IMG/VR virus record: IMGVR_UViG_3300022660_000062
Location: 64,001-90,407 of that record
Direction: 5' to 3' (one strand)
Length of the DNA stretch: 26,407 nucleotides
DNA from: a virus
Lineage: Duplodnaviria > Heunggongvirae > Uroviricota > Caudoviricetes
The notes under the pieces were generated by a model. The model was not told the origin of the DNA. It saw nothing but the letters and a program-made list of their open reading frames with translations, and did no database searches. Below are positions 16,708 through 24,907 of the stretch, in pieces. Every line of letters starts with the position of its first letter. Position 1 is the first letter of the stretch. A program made the translations under genes and the position numbers.

Positions 16708-18006
16708 ATGAGAGAGCTAATCGTCGTAACATACAAGTTGCCTGCGGATCCTCTCACTCGTAAAATTTACGGTGATGACTTAGAGAACATGTATGATTGT
16801 ACAGCTTTCTGGAACGATGAATTATCCGCTCCAGAAATCAAAAAATTACAAAGAAAATATGATGAGGTTGAATCTTTTGTTTGCAACTTTGCTGCTTACA
16901 ATGACTGGGTGGATAATGAGGCTGCTTGGGCTGAGTTTGTGAAAACTGGAGCTTGTCCGTTGAAGCCAGTTGCGGAGTCAGTTGATGTTGGAACAGATTC
17001 CAGAACTATCAACATTGAATGCGCGGTTCGTATTCAGCGAGAAAATCCGGAAGCAACATTTGAGTACAATGTTGACATTGATGATGTAGGTCAGATTGTG
17101 TTCACGCCATATGACGCTGGAACAAGATTTTGTCATGAAGGTGAAGATGCTGTGGAGGGCGAGGATGTTAAGTTTGAGACTGTTCATTTAACAGCTCAGA
17201 TGATTTCAGATTGTGATAACTATGATTACTTTATGGGAACAGATGAGATTGGTCAATTTGTTATCACTCCGGATGTTCAGGATTCCTCTTTCTTAACTGT
17301 TTCAGTTGAAGATTCACTCAACCTTGTTACGGAAGGAGCTGATAGCATTGTTGTTGATCCTGATTACGTTCCTGAATTTGATATCGGAGATCGAGTTGTT
17401 GTTCACCTCAATGGAAATGATCGTCCTGGTGTGATCGTAGATTATGTAGATACTGATCCAATGGATGATGCTACTGGTGCTGATTCTGGTGAATTTGAAG
17501 CTTGGGTTGTTAGCTTTGACGACAGCACTCAAGAGATGATCGGAACATGTTATATGACACATGAGAATGAGATTGCAGAATGTGAGGAAACTGATTCTAT
17601 GAAAGTACTGAAAGAATCTAATAAGTATAGAGATTTTGATTGGAATGACGATCTTTATGCTGTTATCAAAAACGATGGAACCTATGCTGGAGTTCCTTGC
17701 CGTAGTTATGCGGAAGCTAGCCAGTTAGCATATCATCCTGGCTCAAAGATTTTCAAGCTTGTTCTAGAGGATGATGCTACTGAGGAACCACTGGAAGAGG
17801 ATCTTTCTGAGCTTGACCGTATGGATGTCGTTAACAAAGTTATGCGTGGTGAACTAAGTGTGTTCAGTGGAGACGGTGAGCCTGAAGAAAGTTACATTCC
17901 TATTCCAGAGTTGAATACCACTCACGGAAAGTTGGATTTTGAATACTATTATGACGAAGCAACAGGTGAAGTTATTTCTTATTCAAAACCAAGAAGAGAT
18001 TTCTAA
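16708..18006 (+). CDS. Acidic multi-module hypothetical protein (432 aa), putative head-internal protein
   Basis: GAGGA RBS; very Asp/Glu-rich; VAES, LKES and LEED motifs; SH3/Tudor-like segment FDIGDRVVV..RPGVIVD. Confidence 0.8.
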   Translation: MRELIVVTYKLPADPLTRKIYGDDLENMYDCTAFWNDELSAPEIKKLQRKYDEVESFVCNFAAYNDWVDNEAAWAEFVKTGACPLKPVAESVDVGTDSRTINIECAVRIQRENPEATFEYNVDIDDVGQIVFTPYDAGTRFCHEGEDAVEGEDVKFETVHLTAQMISDCDNYDYFMGTDEIGQFVITPDVQDSSFLTVSVEDSLNLVTEGADSIVVDPDYVPEFDIGDRVVVHLNGNDRPGVIVDYVDTDPMDDATGADSGEFEAWVVSFDDSTQEMIGTCYMTHENEIAECEETDSMKVLKESNKYRDFDWNDDLYAVIKNDGTYAGVPCRSYAEASQLAYHPGSKIFKLVLEDDATEEPLEEDLSELDRMDVVNKVMRGELSVFSGDGEPEESYIPIPELNTTHGKLDFEYYYDEATGEVISYSKPRRDF

Positions 18007-18299
18007 TGAGCATATACGATAACTTATTTACCATTGCGCCAAAACCACAGTTGCGATATAGTGTCATTCGTGAGGGTGAGGAAGAGTCAGGAGTTGACTG
18101 GTTAGTTCAGTTTGAACTAGAACCTTCCGAATTTGATGACTCTTTTGATTCAAACTATCGAGAAGAAATTGTCATCACAGCCGCAGACTTTGATACTGCT
18201 CACAAGTATGCACAACAGTACATTAGAACTATGCAGCTTAAATCTGAAACAAGCGATCAATGGAAGAACGCTGAGATTGTTTCAGTTGATAAAATCTAA
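18006..18299 (+). CDS. Hypothetical protein (97 aa)
   Basis: TAATG stop/start overlap with the upstream gene. Confidence 0.75.
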   Translation: MSIYDNLFTIAPKPQLRYSVIREGEEESGVDWLVQFELEPSEFDDSFDSNYREEIVITAADFDTAHKYAQQYIRTMQLKSETSDQWKNAEIVSVDKI

Positions 18300-18314
18300 C
18301 AGTTATTATATAAT
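18286..18314 (+). promoter_or_regulatory. sigmaA-type promoter
   Basis: TTGATA (18286-18291) - 17 nt - TATAAT (18309-18314), upstream of AAGGA and ATG 18336. Confidence 0.65.
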
Positions 18315-18335
18315 ATATGTATAAAAGGATAAGAC

Positions 18336-18836
18336 ATGAAGTTCAGTAAGTTGTTTCTTGATGAATCCTTGTTTGATAGTACATCAATGAAGTACGATGA
18401 TGATTTCAGTGAGGCTGAACTTCCTCCTGAGAGTTTGCAGGGACCGACCTCTGGGTCCGATTCTGGTGTAACAGATTTAGTCATAACTGCAATAAACGAC
18501 GAGTGGGAAGCAATTCGGACTTATAATTCTATCATCGAGACTTTGAAGTATGAAGCTCCTAACAATGAAGATTATGTAAGATTTATTCAGATTCTGAATG
18601 ATATCAATGCAGAAGAAAACAAACATGTGGGACAGCTTCAAGAAATTCTACAGAGATTATCACCAAACGCGAAATTCATCGACAAAGGACGTGATGAAGG
18701 AAGATCACAGTTTAATTTTGCGAACGGTTTGTTACAAGTTCAGGCCTGGGAGCCGAAACAAACAACTGCCACAGTAACTCCAGATGTTTCTGGTGAAGAT
18801 GTGTGCACATTAACTGACATTGATGACGATATGTGA
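18336..18836 (+). CDS. Ferritin-like (two-helix, EncFtn/rubrerythrin-like) protein with N-terminal LDES leader
   Basis: AINDEWEAIRTY...DINAEENKHVGQL matches the E..E..Y / EExxH diiron ligand pattern. Confidence 0.65.
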   Translation: MKFSKLFLDESLFDSTSMKYDDDFSEAELPPESLQGPTSGSDSGVTDLVITAINDEWEAIRTYNSIIETLKYEAPNNEDYVRFIQILNDINAEENKHVGQLQEILQRLSPNAKFIDKGRDEGRSQFNFANGLLQVQAWEPKQTTATVTPDVSGEDVCTLTDIDDDM

Positions 18837-18848
18837 GGATTGATACAT

Positions 18849-19862
18849 ATGGCAAAACGTAGATTAAAAAATGAATCAATTGATAATCTGCAGAGAGTTG
18901 TAGACGCAGAAGCTCCTGCAGTAGTTGGACAGATGGATGTTGTCATGGCAGACGCTGTTCAGGAGAGCGCTAAGAATGACGAACATGCAGAGGAAGTTGC
19001 TACTCAGCTGCAGAAGACTGCTGATGTAGTTATTCCTGAAGATCCGAAAGAGGAGAAACCTGCTGTTGATAACAAGTTTACAGCAAAGTTAGTTCTGGAT
19101 GAATCTCTGGAAGATTTCTCCCTTGTAACAGAGGATGCTACTCCTAAGGATGGTAGAGCAAGAAAAGTTTATGACGATGACGACGAAGATGAATATCTGG
19201 ATTACGATATGTTTGACTTCGTCTATGGTCTTGTAACAGACTGCTGGCCTAAGCCCTTGAACCCTCTTGGACACAAGATGCGTAAGTTCATGTACATTGG
19301 TTCTGATAAGTACATGGATTCTCCTGATGCGGACACTCGTGATTCTTCTGATGGTCATGCTCAGGTTGCAAGCTATGGCGACTCCATTGAAGTTTATTCC
19401 AACAATCCTGCAGACTTCAAAGACATTGAGGATGTCTGTAAGCTGTATAAGCTGAGCTACTCTGGTCCTCACCGCAGACGCAGCAAGAGTACTTACTGGG
19501 AGTATTCATTCCGTGTAAATGTTCCTTGTGTGAGCAGTGGTTATCCTTACATGGTTGAGGAGTACTTCGAGACTCTTGGAATGACTATGGAAGATGTGAT
19601 GCCTGCTGATTTCTGCAAACAGTATCGCAAGAGACAAGCAACAGTTGAGAAAGAAGCAAAGAAGTATATCAATCAGGCTGAAGTTGATAAGCTGATCGAT
19701 AAAGCAATCACTGCTGCAGCTCAGGACAACACTGAGCCCTTGGAAGCACATCTTAAGAGACTTTATGTAGATTTAGATGCCGCTGGTTTAACTTACCAGA
19801 AATCCAAAGTTAAGAAAACCTTCATGGACGCTTTTGATGATCCTGAGGAAGACGACGAATAA
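18849..19862 (+). CDS. Acidic hypothetical protein, possible prohead core or internal protein
   Basis: GAGGA RBS fits ATG 18849 rather than TTG 18840. N-terminus MAKRRLKNES; internal VQES and LDES; poly-acidic tracts. Confidence 0.75.
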   Translation: MAKRRLKNESIDNLQRVVDAEAPAVVGQMDVVMADAVQESAKNDEHAEEVATQLQKTADVVIPEDPKEEKPAVDNKFTAKLVLDESLEDFSLVTEDATPKDGRARKVYDDDDEDEYLDYDMFDFVYGLVTDCWPKPLNPLGHKMRKFMYIGSDKYMDSPDADTRDSSDGHAQVASYGDSIEVYSNNPADFKDIEDVCKLYKLSYSGPHRRRSKSTYWEYSFRVNVPCVSSGYPYMVEEYFETLGMTMEDVMPADFCKQYRKRQATVEKEAKKYINQAEVDKLIDKAITAAAQDNTEPLEAHLKRLYVDLDAAGLTYQKSKVKKTFMDAFDDPEEDDE

Positions 19863-19878
19863 TACTTACATAATGAAT

Positions 19879-19911
19879 AAAGCTCCGTCACGTAACCTGT
19901 GACGGAGCTTT
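19879..19911 (+). terminator. Intrinsic terminator
   Basis: 13-bp stem AAAGCTCCGTCAC / GTGACGGAGCTTT followed by TGTTGTT. Confidence 0.85.
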
Positions 19912-19979
19912 TGTTGTTAGAAAGATAACTGTTTAATCTTGTATATACATCTATAGTAAAACTATGAAGGAGACAAACT

Positions 19980-20660
19980 ATGGGAATGTTTACAAACTAT
20001 CAACAAGAGCTTGTTAAGGCATATCAGCCGAATAACTTGTCTCAATCCTTTCCCGCTCCTCTTACTGATAGTAGCTTGAATCCTCAGTCTGCAAGTAGAC
20101 CTTACGAACTCTACAATGCAAAGAATGAACTTGTTGGATATACTTGGCATTATGGAGAAACATTAAATCTCGATTTTGAGATTGAGGGTGGAATTACCGT
20201 TGAACCGGATGCTTTGATTCACACAGCTGAGAACGAGGATCCGAATAAGATACAGCTCATTGCAGATGTTGACACACGACTTTATAACATCACAGACCTA
20301 ACATCATGGACCTGTTTAGGAAAGATTCCTGATGACAATGGTGTTGTTAGATATGTTTGGGTGCAAGACTCAGAGTTTACATATCCAGAAACAGCTGAGG
20401 GTGTTGCTCTGAAGTATATGTACATGCCAACATCAAAATATCTGCAAGAAAAAACAGCTGTCGTCACACTATACAACTTCCGTATGGAGCCTGTTCATAC
20501 TTGGAGTGTTCCTGCAGCTAGAAATGTTAGATGTTTTATCAACAAAGAGCTGTCTGCAAAGTTAGTAAAGGGAACTTATAGATGCTCTGTTCTTGTTGAG
20601 GGAGATGGAGTTAACTTCATGGTGTTCAGTCCAACTGATTGTGAACTACTAGTTAAGTGA
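19980..20660 (+). CDS. Hypothetical protein, probably tail/baseplate-associated
   Basis: AAGGAG RBS; beta-rich; first gene of the tail-like operon; C-terminal LVKGTYRCSV resembles adaptor Ig-like folds. Confidence 0.75.
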   Translation: MGMFTNYQQELVKAYQPNNLSQSFPAPLTDSSLNPQSASRPYELYNAKNELVGYTWHYGETLNLDFEIEGGITVEPDALIHTAENEDPNKIQLIADVDTRLYNITDLTSWTCLGKIPDDNGVVRYVWVQDSEFTYPETAEGVALKYMYMPTSKYLQEKTAVVTLYNFRMEPVHTWSVPAARNVRCFINKELSAKLVKGTYRCSVLVEGDGVNFMVFSPTDCELLVK

Positions 20661-20670
20661 GGAGAACAAC

Positions 20671-20895
20671 ATGAATATTAAACTTAGAGCTAGATTAGCA
20701 GCTTATGCAAAAGTAGAAACATTACAGCCTAGTTCATCAACACCTGGTGTTGATGAAGGTTGTGATCTTATAACTGCAGGGCCAGTTCGTGGGGAGCGTA
20801 TTGACACATTGTTTTCAGCCAAACAGTCAGAAGAGCAAACATCACAGAAGGCTGCTGGCGCTGCAATTATTGACGCTCTATTTCAGAAGGGATAA
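20671..20895 (+). CDS. Hypothetical protein (74 aa)
   Basis: GAGGAG RBS; tightly packed between neighbours. Confidence 0.7.
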   Translation: MNIKLRARLAAYAKVETLQPSSSTPGVDEGCDLITAGPVRGERIDTLFSAKQSEEQTSQKAAGAAIIDALFQKG

Positions 20896-20898
20896 GTT

Positions 20899-21324
20899 AT
20901 GTTCAATATTGCATTCAATGGTATCATAACTGTTAACAGAGGAGACTCTTTTAGATTTCCATTAACTATCAATTTCGGAAGCTCCCTTGAGCCGAACACT
21001 TACGGCTTGAATGAACATGATAAAGTGTACTTTGCTGTTATGGAACCGAATCAGCCCTTTGAAACTGCTCTTATAAAGAAAGTTTTTGATAAGTCTCATG
21101 AAAAAACAGATAAGGACACAGGTGTCAGATATCTTGAGATCAGTTTCAAACCACAAGATACTGAATGTGTTCTTCCTGGAAAATATTACTATCAGATAAA
21201 ACTTCAAAGATTCCATAAGATGCTTGACTCTGAAGGCGAGCTTGTTCAGCCTGAACAGTGGGATCTTGTCAACTATGATGTTGACACTGTTATTGATAAG
21301 ACACAATTCTTTATTCTGGAGTGA
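20899..21324 (+). CDS. BppU N-terminal-like baseplate/tail-fibre adaptor
   Basis: ITVNRGDS...VYFAV...PQDT..LPGKYYYQIKL...DTVI...F.ILE pattern typical of BppU-like domains. Confidence 0.6.
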   Translation: MFNIAFNGIITVNRGDSFRFPLTINFGSSLEPNTYGLNEHDKVYFAVMEPNQPFETALIKKVFDKSHEKTDKDTGVRYLEISFKPQDTECVLPGKYYYQIKLQRFHKMLDSEGELVQPEQWDLVNYDVDTVIDKTQFFILE

Positions 21325-21330
21325 TGTATT

Positions 21331-22683
21331 ATGGCAACAAAAGGATTAGTTGGTGGTGTCAATACCACCTCAACAGTTGTTACGTCTTCAAGTAATACAT
21401 CAAGCACTAATCTACAAGGAACTGCGACTGGAACACAAGAGACAGTAACAGCATCTGTTGGAAGTAGTCAAGCATACAATGCTCGCATTCTCGCTAACTC
21501 AAACACTCCTGTGGAGTATGTTGGTGCTGAATCAGATTCTATGTACATAAATGTTGACAATTCTAACAGAACAATTAGTGGTGAAGTAAAATGGCGCAGC
21601 ATGATTGCCACTAGTGAGGAACAGGAAGATGCATATCATGCATATCCGGCTAACAAAGCTAGAATAAACTTTGCAGATTTATCCAAGTCTCTGTCAACAA
21701 TTCAGAGTACTGTCGGAGTGCTTGAAGACTCTTGCAAGAAGTCAACAACAAACATCAATAAGTATATTGATGATCTAGCAAAAATACAGAGTGCACTAAC
21801 TGATTGTCAGCAATTCTGTACAGCTTTGAAAGATAGTTTGGATGCTGAAGTTGCAGCTCGAGAGCTGGACCATGTTAAATTGAGAAAAACTGATGCTGAA
21901 AACTTCAACACACTTAAAACTGATTTCAGTACATTAACAACTCAAACTATTACTCGTATGGATGCTCAAGATGCAGAAATCAAGAGCATCAAGGATGCGG
22001 TTGCAAGCGAGGAATTCCGTGCAAAATATGAGGAAGGAAGAATTGAGGAGAGTCTTCAGGCAACAACTAGAATGCTTCTCGATACTTCTCGTAATCTTGG
22101 AACACTTGAATCACAAACTCAGGAGTTAACAAATAGATTTAACAGTTTAGAAACTTCTGAACAGCTAACAACCATTGCTGATCACACAGCTCAAATTGAA
22201 TCTCTAGATCAAGAAATGGAGAACTTAGACTTGAGATTGACCTCTCAAGTTAGTGAAGCAACGCGTGAAACTGCAAAACTAAGAGACATCGCGTACAAGC
22301 ATAGTGCAGATATTACCACTGTTACCGCGACAGTTAAACAAGCTGAAAATGATCTTGAGGATCTTTCACAGGCTCATGAAGTTCTTGAAACTGTTGTTGA
22401 TAACATGCACAGAACGCTTGAGGCAGATATTCAAGACAGAGAGAAACAGTACTTGCATCTGTCCACAAGAATTTCTGACGAAGGAACAATTCGAAGAGAG
22501 ACCGACACTTTCCATGAAGAAGAGCTTGCCAGATTAGAGCTTCGTATTTCAATGCTACAAAGTGAGCTTGTGCTGGTTATCCAAAATCTGGCAGACGAGT
22601 TGAGACTTCGTGACAGTGAGCTTGAATCGGGCATGAACAGTATTACATATGATTTTATTGATGCAGGTACTGCACCAATCTAA
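21331..22683 (+). CDS. Long coiled-coil protein, probable tail fibre or shaft component
   Basis: Ser/Thr-rich N-terminus, extended heptad-like helical region, E..AR motifs; located in the tail module. Confidence 0.7.
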   Translation: MATKGLVGGVNTTSTVVTSSSNTSSTNLQGTATGTQETVTASVGSSQAYNARILANSNTPVEYVGAESDSMYINVDNSNRTISGEVKWRSMIATSEEQEDAYHAYPANKARINFADLSKSLSTIQSTVGVLEDSCKKSTTNINKYIDDLAKIQSALTDCQQFCTALKDSLDAEVAARELDHVKLRKTDAENFNTLKTDFSTLTTQTITRMDAQDAEIKSIKDAVASEEFRAKYEEGRIEESLQATTRMLLDTSRNLGTLESQTQELTNRFNSLETSEQLTTIADHTAQIESLDQEMENLDLRLTSQVSEATRETAKLRDIAYKHSADITTVTATVKQAENDLEDLSQAHEVLETVVDNMHRTLEADIQDREKQYLHLSTRISDEGTIRRETDTFHEEELARLELRISMLQSELVLVIQNLADELRLRDSELESGMNSITYDFIDAGTAPI

Positions 22684-22697
22684 GGAGATAGCTAGTA

Positions 22698-24410
22698 ATG
22701 AGTGATAATCCTATTCTTCAAGAGCTAGAACAATATGTAGACTGGCTCAGCTTAGAATACTATGATAAACGCATCAAGGATTACATTGATGTTCGTTGTA
22801 CTGAGGATCTAAGAATTGGTGGTGAAGTTTCCGCTGCTTGGTTAAGTATTGCACCCGTTGCAGAAAATCAGAACAACCTTTACATTGTAAATGAAGCTTT
22901 TACAACTGGTGCAACATTCTCCGAGAGTAACATTGACTGTGACAAGGGCACAGTAGTTTACCTTGCAAGTACTGATGCAGGATTGAGATACAAACTTCTA
23001 GCAAGAGTCGTTCCGGAAGATAGTTCTCTAGCGGATTCAATCTTGCATGTTTCAGATTCTGTTGATAAGTTACGCAAGCGAGTTGAATTGCTAGAAATGG
23101 AGCAATCAAACTTCACTACTCAGTTATCAGAACTTGTTGATCAAGTTGAAGATCATGAGACTGAATCTAAATATCAGTTTGAAGCTGTAACGACTGCCAT
23201 TCAAGCAACAGTAAAGGATCTTGAGGAAGTTAATGAAGATATTGCAGATGTTAGAGATGATATCAAACATCTCTCTGACGATTTTCAAACAGTTAATCAC
23301 GATATCCACGATATCCTGCACAGTCACGAAACAAGATTAAATAGTTTTGAAAATTCTTTTGCTACAAAAGAATCGGTTGAGGATCTTGAAAAGAAAATTG
23401 ACTCAATTCCTCAAGTTAGTCTCGATGGTTATGCAACTGAACAGTATGTTAAGGATCAGATTGCCGGAATACAAGCTCCCGATATGAGCGGATATGCTAC
23501 TATTGCCGACATTGATGCAAAAGTTGCTGCTCTTGTTGATGGTGCTCCTTCGGCACTCAACACATTAGCCGAACTTGCTGAGGCTCTGAATGATCAGAAA
23601 GATGTTCTTGATACATTTGCAACAAAATCTGATCTTGCTCCTGTAGCTACATCGGGTAGTTACAAAGATCTAGTTGATACTCCTGAAATTCCATCAGTTG
23701 AGGGTCTTGCTTCAGAAATATATGTGCAAGAAGCAATCAAAGCTATCCCTTCTGTTGACTTGACTGGTTATGCAAAAGCAGAGGATATTCCCGATGTTAG
23801 CAAGTTTGTTACTGCTGAGGATCTTCCTGCAGTTCCAACAAAGGTTAGCGAGCTAGAAAATGACTCAGGTTACTTAACGGAACATCAAAGTTTGGATGGA
23901 TTAGCTACTGAAGAATTTGTACAACAGCAAATTGATGCTATTCCTGATGTTGATCTAAGTAACTATGCAAAGAAGAGCGATCTTCCTGACACAAGTAAAT
24001 TCTTAACTGAAGTTCCTCAGGAGTATATAACAGAGAGTGAGCTTGATGCAAAGGGTTATTTAACAGAGCATCAAAGTTTAGAAGGCTTAGCAACAGAAGA
24101 GTTCGTTCGTCAACAGATTGATGCGATTCCTGAAGTAGACACAAGTGAATTAGCATCAAAAGCTGACCTTGAGCTTAAAGCGGATAAAACTTATGTTGAT
24201 CAACAGTTAGATAATGTAACTGTTGACTTAACAGGTTATGCGACTGAGGATTTTGTTAGAACTGAGATTGCTAATGCTCAGCTCGGTGATGATGGTGAAA
24301 CAATCATTGATTTATCATACCTTGCAACAAAAACCGATCTTTCAAATGAAGTTGCAACATTGAACAGACGCATTGACGAATTAAAAGTTATTCAGTATGG
24401 AACATTCTAA
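22698..24410 (+). CDS. Tail-fibre-like protein with internal repeats
   Basis: LVDGAPSALNTLAELAEAL, LAPVATSGSYKDL, VPTKVSELENDSGYLTEHQSL and repeated DL.GYA/TE.FV units, all common in phage fibre proteins. Confidence 0.75.
   Translation: MSDNPILQELEQYVDWLSLEYYDKRIKDYIDVRCTEDLRIGGEVSAAWLSIAPVAENQNNLYIVNEAFTTGATFSESNIDCDKGTVVYLASTDAGLRYKLLARVVPEDSSLADSILHVSDSVDKLRKRVELLEMEQSNFTTQLSELVDQVEDHETESKYQFEAVTTAIQATVKDLEEVNEDIADVRDDIKHLSDDFQTVNHDIHDILHSHETRLNSFENSFATKESVEDLEKKIDSIPQVSLDGYATEQYVKDQIAGIQAPDMSGYATIADIDAKVAALVDGAPSALNTLAELAEALNDQKDVLDTFATKSDLAPVATSGSYKDLVDTPEIPSVEGLASEIYVQEAIKAIPSVDLTGYAKAEDIPDVSKFVTAEDLPAVPTKVSELENDSGYLTEHQSLDGLATEEFVQQQIDAIPDVDLSNYAKKSDLPDTSKFLTEVPQEYITESELDAKGYLTEHQSLEGLATEEFVRQQIDAIPEVDTSELASKADLELKADKTYVDQQLDNVTVDLTGYATEDFVRTEIANAQLGDDGETIIDLSYLATKTDLSNEVATLNRRIDELKVIQYGTF
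23868..24140 (+). repeat. Duplicated coding unit GYLTEHQSL[D/E]GLATEEFV.QQIDAIP[D/E]VD with 186-nt (62-aa) period
   Basis: Copies start at 23868 and 24054; near-identical protein with diverged synonymous sites. Confidence 0.85.
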
Positions 24411-24427
24411 GAAAGGAGGAACATGTA

Positions 24428-24826
24428 GTGCAATTTCAGATTAAGTATGGATTAAGAAGAAACATTGACAAGATTGCTGATGCAAACAAGATTGAAGGTT
24501 GTTGGTATATTTGTACTGATACATTTGAAGTCTTTGTGTGCTTGAATGGTAATCTTGAGCCAATCAAAGCTGCCTCCTCTTTTGACGATGATATTGTCGA
24601 CCTGAAAGCTCGTGTTCAAGCGTTGGAAGATGCTTCTGAGTCTGAGGTCAAAATAAATACAATCTTTGATCTTCCTGAACAAGGTCTTAGTAACATTGTA
24701 TATATTGTTGTTAAGGATAATGCTGCATACAGATGGAATGAAGACACAGGCAACTATGTATGCATCGGTAGAGACTGGATGGAAATCAATCGTATCAACG
24801 GTGGAGATGCAGCCTCTGTATTCTGA
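24428..24826 (+). CDS. Small tail-fibre-associated protein (GTG start)
   Basis: AGGAGG 8 nt upstream of GTG; LP..G..NIVYIV....AYRW...Y..IG...INGG motif common in fibre-associated proteins. Confidence 0.7.
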   Translation: MQFQIKYGLRRNIDKIADANKIEGCWYICTDTFEVFVCLNGNLEPIKAASSFDDDIVDLKARVQALEDASESEVKINTIFDLPEQGLSNIVYIVVKDNAAYRWNEDTGNYVCIGRDWMEINRINGGDAASVF

Positions 24827-24907
24827 TAACAACACATAGATAATCAAGTATTTACTTGCTGTGGATATTAGTTTGTAATTATAATTATGAAAGGTACATA
24901 ATCAGTT

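Noticed and set aside
24856-24885. sigmaA promoter TTGCTG-18-TATAAT before the Mtd_N gene
   Set aside because: Poor -35 and 18-nt spacing in AT-rich DNA; too weak to call.
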